A stretch of DNA of 64,000 nt from Candidatus Bathyarchaeota archaeon (GCA_963726255.1 CAVSBL010000002.1:1088001-1152000); one strand, 5' to 3'. Shown: positions 1-7,807, counted from the first letter of the stretch. Numbers and translations are program-made. Notes: generated from the sequence alone by a model not told the origin.

Positions 1-41
1 ATATCGTGGGTTCGAGCCGCATCTCCAATCGGGCCGCGCCA
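1..41 (+). other. truncated tRNA-like 3' end at window edge
   Basis: GTGGGTTCGAGC T-loop-like motif and terminal GCCA; stems are imperfect and the 5' part lies outside the window. Confidence 0.3.
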
Positions 42-59
42 CGATTCACTTCACTTCTC

Positions 60-134
60 CTTGGGGCTTTTGCTGAGTATGTATGTGTTCCTGTGGATGC
101 GCTAGCTCTGAAGCCGGCCAATCTATCGTTCGAG
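60..134 (+). pseudogene. fragment of MDR/zinc-type NAD(P)-dependent dehydrogenase
   Basis: GAFAEYVCVP...LALKPANLSFE motif; no intact gene. Confidence 0.55.
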
Positions 135-182
135 GGGGGGCTGATTTTTCAATTGCCTTCTTTGCGTGAAGAAACTCCAAAT

Positions 183-1034
183 TCAACGAAACATGGCGCT
201 TATCTCCTTGGGGCTGGCAGCGTCAGCCGCGAACGAGAAAGTTCCATGCTCTCGCATTTCGCGAGCAGCACGAAGAAAAGCGCCGAGGGCGGTACGGTAA
301 AGTGCGCTTCCGACGCTAATTCGTTTGACCCCTACGGCTGAGAGCTCTGCTAAGCTTAGTCGAACTCCCTGTAATCCCATTACAACGTTGACCGGTCGCT
401 TTACACAGTTAACGACGGCTACAATTTCATCTTTAGTCCGCAAACCTGGAGCATACAAGACATCCGCGCCAGCTTTTTCATAAGATTGCAGTCGTTTTAT
501 CGTGTCTGTAAGGTCTGGCCGACCGTGCCAATAGTTCTCAGCACGGGCTGTCAGAGTAAAAGGAAAAGGAAGTGCACGCGCCGCGGCTACAGCTGCCTTG
601 ACTCTCTCTGTTGCAAGTTCTATTTCATAGATCGGGCGGTCTGGGTGTCCGGTTGCGTCTTCGATTGAACCGCCGACTATCCCGGAGGCCGCGGCACATC
701 TGATTGTTTCCGCTACAGCTTCTGGCGAGTCGCCAAATCCATTCTCAAGATCGGCACTGACGGGCAAATTAGTCGCAGAGGCAATAGCAGACGCATATCC
801 TAATGTGGCTTGGAGGCCAAGCGTGTTGTCTCTCCGCCCTTGAGAAAAGGCGTATCCCATACTGGTGGTGGCCAGTGCCTCAAAACCCATATGCGCTAGC
901 AAACGGGCACTACCCACATCCCACGGATTCGGGATGATGAAGGCGCCGTCTCGCTCATGGAGAGCTCTAAAGGCTCGTCCCTTCTCGACCTGTGTGCTCT
1001 TCATTTGGTTAGTTGCCTCCATCGGCATCCACAT
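183..1034 (-). CDS. isocitrate lyase/PEP mutase family protein
   Basis: PNPWDVGSAR, ATTS, DLENGFG, SIED, GADVLYAPG motifs. Confidence 0.9.
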   Translation of the reverse strand: MWMPMEATNQMKSTQVEKGRAFRALHERDGAFIIPNPWDVGSARLLAHMGFEALATTSMGYAFSQGRRDNTLGLQATLGYASAIASATNLPVSADLENGFGDSPEAVAETIRCAAASGIVGGSIEDATGHPDRPIYEIELATERVKAAVAAARALPFPFTLTARAENYWHGRPDLTDTIKRLQSYEKAGADVLYAPGLRTKDEIVAVVNCVKRPVNVVMGLQGVRLSLAELSAVGVKRISVGSALYRTALGAFLRAAREMREHGTFSFAADAASPKEISAMFR

Positions 1035-1139
1035 TCCCTAATGCAATACAAGAAGATTCAGGCGTAGGTAAAAGCAATAGTGTTCGTGCCTCAAGACGCG
1101 GAAGAATGACCGGCTACGAACTATCGAGCCCACGAAAAC

Positions 1140-1164
1140 GGTGGGGCCGGTGGGATTCGAACCC
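1140..1164 (-). repeat. tRNA 3'-end fragment (att-like)
   Basis: reverse complement GGGTTCGAATCCCACCGGCCCCACC; core repeated at 2030-2042. Confidence 0.7.
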
Positions 1165-1199
1165 TCAATTTCTAGCCTTCAACGCAATAGGTGCGTGTC

Positions 1200-1223
1200 G
1201 TGGGGCCCTTGGGATTTGAACCC
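1200..1223 (-). repeat. degenerate tRNA 3'-end fragment (att-like)
   Basis: reverse complement GGGTTCAAATCCCAAGGGCCCCAC. Confidence 0.55.
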
Positions 1224-1249
1224 CCCATATGGTGGGTTTATTTTACAGT

Positions 1250-1824
1250 CTAGAACTGCTCGTCGACTTTGCGGTACTCCCTCCGCAGGAAGTCAATCTC
1301 TCGCGACAACATGTCTCTAACATGATCCTCTCGCCTAACTGCATGCCTAAGCATGAAATCAACTGCCCGCTGCGAAACGCCAGTCTTCATGCAGGTCGTG
1401 TGGAAATAATCCCTCAGGTCATGCCACCGAAGACTCGCCGCGCGAACCGCCTTCTCAGCTTCCCTGAACCCTGCTCCGTGACCACCGGCGACTCAGCTCG
1501 TGGACGCGGAGAACGAGACTTCAAATCTTCCAGCAACCATTCGCATCCTCGCGACGACAGAAACGTACAGTACTTTATGACAGCAGCCCGCCGATTTCTG
1601 ACACCCAGAAGCTGAATCCGAGAAGGCACCTCCAAGAAACGCCTCTTCGCGAGCGATAACTCTACGAGGTTCCGAAAAAGGAGCTTGTTGATTTGCCCTG
1701 GCCAACCCAACCCAGAAAAAGTCGCCAACCCGACCGCCACTTTAGCGCCCAATATTGGACGGGGTTTCCTCTCCGAGACGAGTTGTCCGCAACCCGCGCC
1801 AGGCGCTTGCCCCGTCCAGAACAA
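1250..1824 (-). pseudogene. frameshifted tyrosine recombinase/integrase remnant
   Basis: Box I-like LATFSGL(GW)PGQI and KYCTFLSSRG in one frame; Box II WHDLRDYFHT...DFMLRH...REYRKV in another. Confidence 0.75.
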
Positions 1825-1886
1825 TTACCGTTCCAGACACCCAAATATCGTTACCGGACTCGCGCAGCCAGTTTGGGTGGTGGGCC

Positions 1887-2042
1887 CGGAGGGACTCATC
1901 ACCCTCGGAGAGTGGCGGTTGGGTTACCGCTTTCTCCCTTCTTCGCATAATGTTACCGTGCAGGCATATTAGCGAATGTCGCGGATAAGTTTTGTTTCCC
2001 GAAATGTGATCCTGCGCTTCCAGAAAGGTGGTGGGGCCGGTG
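1887..2042. repeat. ~150-bp direct repeat, copy 1
   Basis: near-identical to 5423-5580. Confidence 0.9.
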
Positions 2043-2230
2043 TACACTTGACTATGTGCAGATCATCAAGCACGTGCTAATTTGACGGAGCCTGACCTAC
2101 GTCGAGTTTTGAAGACAGTTTCAAGCATCTCCAAACGCTTCGAGACACCCTAGCAAACGAAACTCAAGGATGGGGTAGGGGATTCTGACCCCAATTACTG
2201 GTACATATAACCTCGGCCTGCGTTACATTT

Positions 2231-2407
2231 GTGAGTGACTTGTCATTGGTTACAGAAATCAAATATCAAAATAAAACTGTCTATTCATGTGAAATCTGCA
2301 AGTTAGGATATGCAGACAGACGAACCGCTAATGATTGCGAAAACTTCTGTAAAACCCACGGCGCCTGCTCACTAGAGATAACCAAAAACGCAGTCCACAA
2401 ACCGTGA
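2231..2407 (+). CDS. small Cys/His-rich metal-binding protein (not in ORF track)
   Basis: MSDLSLV...CEICKLGY...CENFCKTHGACSLEITK; TATA-like TACATATAA upstream. Confidence 0.7.
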   Translation: MSDLSLVTEIKYQNKTVYSCEICKLGYADRRTANDCENFCKTHGACSLEITKNAVHKP

Positions 2408-2481
2408 GCCAACTAGCCAGCAGACGAAAAGTAACAGTCTCCAGCGGCTGACGAGAAGGTACCGTTACCGAAAGTTGATTA

Positions 2482-2826
2482 TTACATGTCCTTGATGTGT
2501 TTCGTAATGCCCATGTAGCCAGTGATCTCGTTCTCTTTCTTCAAGGGCCGAACCGTCAGCAATCCTCGGAACCTACTTCCATTCTTTCTTACGAGCGTAA
2601 CCTCTTCCTCAAACTTCCCTGTCTCCGCCGCGGTCTTCAAGAGTCGAGGGACGAGCGTCTGAACCGCTTCAGGCTCGTGAAAGATCACGACGCTCTGTTT
2701 GCCTACGACTTCGTCCTCAGTCCAGCCAAAGAGCTGCTGGGCCCCGAGACCGTACGATGTAATTATCCCCTTCAAATCGCACGCTATTCCAGAATGGGAA
2801 GTATCTTCGGTCTTTGACATTACCAT
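2482..2826 (-). CDS. stand-alone PAS domain protein
   Basis: DLKGIITSY..GAQQLFGW..EVVGK, RKNGSRF. Confidence 0.85.
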   Translation of the reverse strand: MVMSKTEDTSHSGIACDLKGIITSYGLGAQQLFGWTEDEVVGKQSVVIFHEPEAVQTLVPRLLKTAAETGKFEEEVTLVRKNGSRFRGLLTVRPLKKENEITGYMGITKHIKDM

Positions 2827-2963
2827 TCACCGCTGCGGCATAATCGATATTGTCCCTTGTCTTTGGCTGTCACGTGATCCGTGGAATGAGCTTGCCTGAA
2901 ATTTAAGCCATACGTCATACATTCAGCATAGGATGGGGCGGGACATTTGATGGAATGAGGAGT

Positions 2964-3248
2964 TCATTCTGGTCGACGGGGGCTCAGTGGTCTCGTGTGG
3001 AAGGCAATCTCCCAGATCAGCATGGCTTGGTTGAAGCATTGCCTATGCAGAGTGCCTTGCATTGCTTCTCCCAAATCCCAGTTGGGTGACGTGAATCCAA
3101 CCCTCTTTGCGCATTCAATCATTCTAGGATTCTTATGAGTAATCTGTAATCTCATCACGCTGGGTTTTCCTTGGATGACCTTTTTGCAGGAGACGCAATA
3201 CACCTTGGATTTCACTTTGGTCTTCTGGCGTTTTTCTCTCCTAGGCAT
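2964..3248 (-). CDS. hypothetical protein, possibly Zn-binding
   Basis: CVSC...HRQC; directly downstream of the hemerythrin gene. Confidence 0.5.
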   Translation of the reverse strand: MPRREKRQKTKVKSKVYCVSCKKVIQGKPSVMRLQITHKNPRMIECAKRVGFTSPNWDLGEAMQGTLHRQCFNQAMLIWEIAFHTRPLSPRRPE

Positions 3249-3250
3249 CT

Positions 3251-3832
3251 TCAGACACCTCCTTTTCTGTTGATGTTGAATGATTTCTCAAGTTTCGCTA
3301 CCATCTGCTCGTATTTGTTATGGAAATCTGAACCGAATCTCGTCTCGACTTCATTGAAATTCCTTGTGAGGCCTGCTAGCTCTGGTTTGGGTAGAACTTT
3401 CTCGGTCATCGGGAAGAGAAGGTAGTCTTCTCTCCAAATGTGATCCGTGTACAAATCCATGGCACCTTTGATTGTCGCAGAGATCGTGACCTTTGCCGTT
3501 GAATCGCCGCTGGCGTATTTCTCGATCGCATCGTTCAGAGCGGTCATAAGCGCTCTCCCCTGTTTGTGCTCGCTTGTGAGTGTGCCTATTGGGCATCCCT
3601 GCGGACGGACTCCATTCCTTTCCAGCGTCGGGAAAAGACCGTCTTCTTCTTTTGCGTGATGAGCCTTGTCGGCAAAAGTTCGGAAGAAATCTACGATCTC
3701 CGTCAATATTGCAGCATCAATATCTCCGCCACTTTCAAGACGTTTATGCATAGCGGTGAGTACGTTAACCATTCGCAGGATTACTTTGTGCTCTTCCTCC
3801 AACACCTGGATAGCGGACGACGCAGAATTCAC
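3251..3832 (-). CDS. hemerythrin domain protein
   Basis: EEH, HHAKEE, EH, HIWRED motifs. Confidence 0.9.
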   Translation of the reverse strand: MNSASSAIQVLEEEHKVILRMVNVLTAMHKRLESGGDIDAAILTEIVDFFRTFADKAHHAKEEDGLFPTLERNGVRPQGCPIGTLTSEHKQGRALMTALNDAIEKYASGDSTAKVTISATIKGAMDLYTDHIWREDYLLFPMTEKVLPKPELAGLTRNFNEVETRFGSDFHNKYEQMVAKLEKSFNINRKGGV

Positions 3833-4191
3833 CGTGGCTGCGTCGGCGCTGCTGTGAACGTCTTGAGCTTCTGCCGAAGTGCACCAAAATCGCTCTTGGT
3901 TGAAAATTGGTTGTCCTCAGTCATCATGCCGCCCTCAACGGGACAATACTCAAGAGCATAGGTTGAAGCGGCTATGAGGAATTCAAGGTCTTCATTGTTC
4001 ACGTCCAGCCTATTAACGGGCTGAACTGCAACAGCCTGAAGTTTCTTGCGTAATGTCTCGAACGATATCTTGGTCGAGAAGTGTCCTGCCTCGGTCATTA
4101 TTCCTCCCTCAACTGGACAATTCTCAAGGGCGTAAGCGACGTTCGCCTTAGCCAACCTCAACTCCTTGTCGGTTAGCTCTATTCCCGTCAT
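3829..4191 (-). CDS. hypothetical protein with two internal CPVEGG repeats
   Basis: YALENCPVEGG and YALEYCPVEGG duplicated halves. Confidence 0.75.
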   Translation of the reverse strand: MTGIELTDKELRLAKANVAYALENCPVEGGIMTEAGHFSTKISFETLRKKLQAVAVQPVNRLDVNNEDLEFLIAASTYALEYCPVEGGMMTEDNQFSTKSDFGALRQKLKTFTAAPTQPR

Positions 4192-4307
4192 TTTCGTCTC
4201 ACACGACTATCATCTTGGCGAGTCAACTATAAGGGGTGACCCCTAACATGTTTGGGTGAGCATGATAATCAAAAGCGTTAACTGAATCAGGCAAGTTAGT
4301 CGGTCAT

Positions 4308-4436
4308 ATGTCAACGCAGACTTGCCCAAAATGTGGACAGCCAGTCCGATACGTCCAGGGACGAATGTACTGCGTAAATTGCGACAAAACAGCGTATGAA
4401 GCGACGAAAACTGGTCACTCTCATGAAACGAAATAG
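4308..4436 (+). CDS. small CPxCG zinc-ribbon protein (not in ORF track)
   Basis: MSTQTCPKCG...YCVNC. Confidence 0.6.
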   Translation: MSTQTCPKCGQPVRYVQGRMYCVNCDKTAYEATKTGHSHETK

Positions 4437-4472
4437 GAACGGCAACTAGATCCTAGAAGTGGTCTCACCACT

Positions 4473-4934
4473 TCACACTGACGGCTTTGAATCGTTCTTC
4501 CGTATCCCTTGGTGCGTCTGCAAAGCCCAGGGAAAGATGCGTTTTTCTTCGGCCTCAAAATGCGAACGAACCAGGTTGTCGAATTCGGAGGGTATTGATC
4601 CAAGTTCTTCAGGCGAGTTCATAGCCTTCTTCGAAATTGTATCAGCCAGTTTATGCATCGTTCGATGCTGCTGGAACACCTTGATGGCACCATTCGCCCC
4701 TTTTCGCCCATACGTATCGATGAAAAGTTTCAGCAATACATTCTCTTCGTCAACAATGTGTTGAACGGTTGAGTTGTCAAATTCTCTTGCCAGTTCGGCT
4801 CCTCTCGCATAGTCTTTCTTCTCCAAAACGTCGGTAAGCTCTGACAAGCGTTTTCTCTGTTCCTGATGCTCTTGGGAGAGGAGCGCAATGAGTTCCTCAA
4901 GTTCGAGTGGGCGAGCGACGATTCTCGAGGACAA
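4473..4934 (-). CDS. hemerythrin/HHE domain protein
   Basis: QEH, HIVDEE, QQH, HFEAEE. Confidence 0.85.
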   Translation of the reverse strand: MSSRIVARPLELEELIALLSQEHQEQRKRLSELTDVLEKKDYARGAELAREFDNSTVQHIVDEENVLLKLFIDTYGRKGANGAIKVFQQHRTMHKLADTISKKAMNSPEELGSIPSEFDNLVRSHFEAEEKRIFPWALQTHQGIRKNDSKPSV

Positions 4935-4943
4935 AGTCTCCGC

Positions 4944-5288
4944 TTACCTCGATTTTACCATAATCAGAATCATCTTGAACTTAGTGACCGCTTTGAGTGC
5001 ATGTGTTTTGTTGGGAGGCATTATGATCATCTCGCCTTCACTCAAGTGGAACATTTCACCGGAAATCTTGATGTCTACCTGACCCTCTATGACAATGACC
5101 AATGCGGCGTAGGGTGCTGTATGCTCACTCAATCCCTCGCCCTCATCAAAGGCAAAGGCTGTAACAGTACCTCCTTCTTCACCCACTAGAGTCCTGCTCA
5201 CAACTGCTCCGCTTTGGTAAGCAGTCAGATCTTTGAGCTTCATGACTTGTGCGACGACCGTTTTTGAGTTAGTCAATTCAAAACGCAC
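4944..5288 (-). CDS. cupin domain protein
   Basis: FAFDEGEGLSEHTAP...PNKTHALKA; true start may be TTG ~5276. Confidence 0.9.
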   Translation of the reverse strand: MRFELTNSKTVVAQVMKLKDLTAYQSGAVVSRTLVGEEGGTVTAFAFDEGEGLSEHTAPYAALVIVIEGQVDIKISGEMFHLSEGEMIIMPPNKTHALKAVTKFKMILIMVKSR

Positions 5289-5422
5289 CTCCTAATGCTT
5301 CCTAAGAGTATTCCGGGTTCCTCAATTAGTGTATTTGGTGGGATTTGACTCCCCTGACCTTGATTCGGCGAACGTCGGATGATTATCAGGCTGCTAACTT
5401 TTCTCGTCAGACAACATATTCT

Positions 5423-5580
5423 CGGAGGGACTCATCACCCTCAGAGAGTGGCGGTTGGGTTACCGCTTTCTCTCTTCTTCGCATAATGTTACCGTGCAGG
5501 CATATTAGTGAATGTCGCGAATAAGTTTTGCTTCCAGAAACCTAACCTTGCGCATCCAGAAAGGAAAGTGGTGGGCCCGG
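5423..5580. repeat. ~150-bp direct repeat, copy 2, abutting the tRNA 3' end
   Basis: near-identical to 1887-2042. Confidence 0.9.
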
Positions 5581-5675
5581 AGGGATTCGAACCCTCGACC
5601 AGCAGGTTCCTCCGCTATGCATATGAGCTTCGACTTTCAGTGTCTGTCGCTCTAGCCTAGCTGAGCTACGGGCCC
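5569..5675 (-). tRNA. tRNA-Ile2(CAU) with two introns (30/31: 5629-5643; 37/38: 5608-5621)
   Basis: GGGCCCG/CGGGCCC-ACCA acceptor; removing two BHB-like introns gives a 78-nt cloverleaf with a CTCATAA loop. Confidence 0.85.
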
Positions 5676-5941
5676 TTATTCTTTTAGTGACTTTAGGGGA
5701 CATTTCAGGATTAGGGTTCGAGTTTGGCAAACGTCAGGCGCCGACTGAACGTGTAGCTTAGAGCATTCGAAGGGTTCTACAGCCCCCAAGAGCTTCGGCT
5801 GGCTCTACATTAGAGCCCTCGCTAACACGCCACTCTCAAAGCATGAGCTCGCAAGGATCGCTTCGCTCCTCCTCCGCCGCTAATAGCCACGGAATAACCA
5901 TAATACCAGATTCCTCACGAAAGAGGGCCAGTGATTAAGCA

Positions 5942-6316
5942 GTGGATACCGACAAATTCGTAGAGGAAGTCTTCAAGAAAGACGGTCGGATTCGCTACGT
6001 AGGAATCGTTGATAGGGAGTTTCACGTCCTTGTCTCAAAGATGAGGGAGGGAGTTCAGAGTCTCACTCCCGACGAGAGCGACCGTAACTTTGTTCAATTG
6101 ATGCCCTCGATCATTCTCGACTCGGTCGAAAAGCTCTCGCCCTTTCTGGGTGTTGTTGAGTCCGTGACTATCAGATACGCGAAGGTGTTTCTAGTACTCT
6201 TCACTAAGGGCAGTTACGTGATTGTACTAAGCTTCAACCCAGACATTCAGAGGCCATTCATGAGCGCTCTGACAGAGTGGATGCAATCGCTAGCTTCCAT
6301 GTACCTATCCGAATAG
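5942..6316 (+). CDS. roadblock/profilin-like hypothetical protein (DUF6659-like)
   Basis: IRYVGIVD...SKMREG pattern. Confidence 0.65.
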   Translation: MDTDKFVEEVFKKDGRIRYVGIVDREFHVLVSKMREGVQSLTPDESDRNFVQLMPSIILDSVEKLSPFLGVVESVTIRYAKVFLVLFTKGSYVIVLSFNPDIQRPFMSALTEWMQSLASMYLSE

Positions 6317-6404
6317 ACACGCCTGCAGTGCTGAACCGTCGTTTTAGTGTCTGGGCATAGTCGTGTGCACGAGCTAGCGTCGATTGAGTTCTGAACTCTT
6401 CATC

Positions 6405-7115
6405 TTACTTCCGTCTGACGGAACTCTTACGCCATTGGTCGCGAGGAATTCTATGCCTCTCTTTTCTACTATCGTTCCGTGGTCGAACGTGCTTTGGTTT
6501 CCTTTGAGCGTGTATTCGATGTGTGCGCAGGTCAAACGTATAGATAGAACCACCGGCCAATACTTGAAATGGCCTAGTCACGTGTTTGCAATGATCGAAT
6601 TGCATGCTACCTTTCTTGTGGAAATATTCGAACCATGGCGGGTGTACGAAGTCGGATACTAGGACGCCGTCGATTTTGTAACCGAAATTGTCCGGTTCGC
6701 ATGCGTCACAAATCTCGTACGGGTATAGAAGCCCCCTATTCGCTTCATGTTGAACGAACAGATTGCTGCTTGGGTTCGCCAGCATTTCCAGCAACTCGTG
6801 ACTCATAGTTACCGTCCATTCACAACCAGCCTGCTTATCGCTCCTCGCAAACACTTTCGCTAAAGGCAAGCCTTTGGCTGTTAGGTCATGATAGCCGAGA
6901 ACGCCCGCTTGGTGTGAATCATCGAAGATTCCAAGCCACCAAGAATCGTGGCTTGGCTTTGATTTCTTAGGTACGAAGACAAGTTTGGCATTTGCCCCCC
7001 ACGGGGGCGCAAAATCGCGTCGCACTTGGGTCTGAAGCGACGGCAGTACAGATTTGACGTCGCTGTCAGCAAGGGTCTTGCTCTCGTTTATAATTTCGAT
7101 TCTGACATGAGCCAT
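6405..7115 (-). CDS. hypothetical protein, putative metallopeptidase-like
   Basis: LGYH, SHELLEML, YEICDAC motifs. Confidence 0.65.
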   Translation of the reverse strand: MAHVRIEIINESKTLADSDVKSVLPSLQTQVRRDFAPPWGANAKLVFVPKKSKPSHDSWWLGIFDDSHQAGVLGYHDLTAKGLPLAKVFARSDKQAGCEWTVTMSHELLEMLANPSSNLFVQHEANRGLLYPYEICDACEPDNFGYKIDGVLVSDFVHPPWFEYFHKKGSMQFDHCKHVTRPFQVLAGGSIYTFDLRTHRIHAQRKPKHVRPRNDSRKERHRIPRDQWRKSSVRRK

Positions 7116-7254
7116 GTAGGTTCCTCTAGCCTGTTAGCGTCTATAAGACTTGTCAGATCGAGTGAATTCCAGCAATTTGCGTCGTGGCAGTCACCATCAT
7201 GAGACCCTTAGTGCTATATTCCAAGACACATCATGTGTTGCCTGCTGAATTTGT

Positions 7255-7542
7255 ATGTCGAAACCGGACGAAATCGGCTTTAATCCACTTGAGGAACTTG
7301 ATCGTAGCGAAGCACGCATCGTCGTTAGATTGGAGTTTAGGCGATTCCGTAAACCGGTAACAATCATTCAAGGACTGCCTAGCACACGATTGGCGGAAAT
7401 TGCTCGCGAGCTGAAACGGAGGTTCGGGGCAGGGGGAACCACTAAAGGTGGAGAGGTCCTACTCCAAGGAGATCATCGCGGGCACATCAAACAAGAACTC
7501 GTGGAATTGGGATTCCCGGCTGACCATATCGACATGATCTAA
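7255..7542 (+). CDS. sui1: translation initiation factor SUI1/aIF1 family
   Basis: KPVTIIQGL, LKRRFGAGGT, LQGDHR. Confidence 0.9.
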   Translation: MSKPDEIGFNPLEELDRSEARIVVRLEFRRFRKPVTIIQGLPSTRLAEIARELKRRFGAGGTTKGGEVLLQGDHRGHIKQELVELGFPADHIDMI

Positions 7543-7560
7543 AGGAAAGGGATGAGAGCG

Positions 7561-7710
7561 TGGTGCTCCGGGCGGGATTTTCAGCGATTGAACCATCGCA
7601 TTCGAACCCGCGTCGCTGACTCTCTCCGCAAACTCGAGAGGCCAGCATACTCTCGGCGACATACGCCTTGACCGGGCTATACTCGGTAGCTGAACCGCTT
7701 CTACCGGAGC
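7561..7710 (-). tRNA. tRNA-Glu(CUC) with four introns (10/11: 7682-7700; 20b/21: 7652-7668; 37/38: 7622-7634; 59/60: 7578-7600)
   Basis: removing four BHB/BHL-flanked inserts gives a fully paired 78-nt cloverleaf GCTCCGG...CCGGAGC-ACCA. Confidence 0.88.
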
Positions 7711-7752
7711 CCCAACTAACCCGGAGCAATTGGACTAACGCTGTCCCACGGT

Positions 7753-7760
7753 ATTTTAAC
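7753..7760 (-). promoter_or_regulatory. TATA-like box for the tRNA-Glu precursor
   Basis: TTAAAATA about 25 nt upstream of the first GCTCCGG copy. Confidence 0.5.
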
Positions 7761-7807
7761 CGTGTGCACAGAAAAGAAAAACAGAGGAAAGAAGATGGAA
7801 GTGCCGC

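Larger units (their letters stand above)
1877..5585. mobile_element. island bounded by an 18-bp direct repeat of the tRNA-Ile 3' end
   Basis: GTGGTGGGCCCGGAGGGA is identical at 1877-1894 and 5568-5585. Confidence 0.7.

Noticed and set aside
1-41. Possible further intron-containing tRNA
   Set aside because: Truncated by the window edge; I could not obtain a consistent T-stem, acceptor or BHB parse
1229-2047. Several overlapping ORFs on both strands
   Set aside because: Shadows of the integrase remnant and repeat; no recognisable motifs
7711-7727. Fifth intron in tRNA-Glu
   Set aside because: No cut position gives both a BHB helix and a correct mature sequence; treated as a leader duplication
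7459-7729. Short ORFs, or RNase P/SRP RNA, in this GC-rich gap
   Set aside because: Fully explained by the intron-rich tRNA-Glu; RNase P and SRP hallmark motifs are absent
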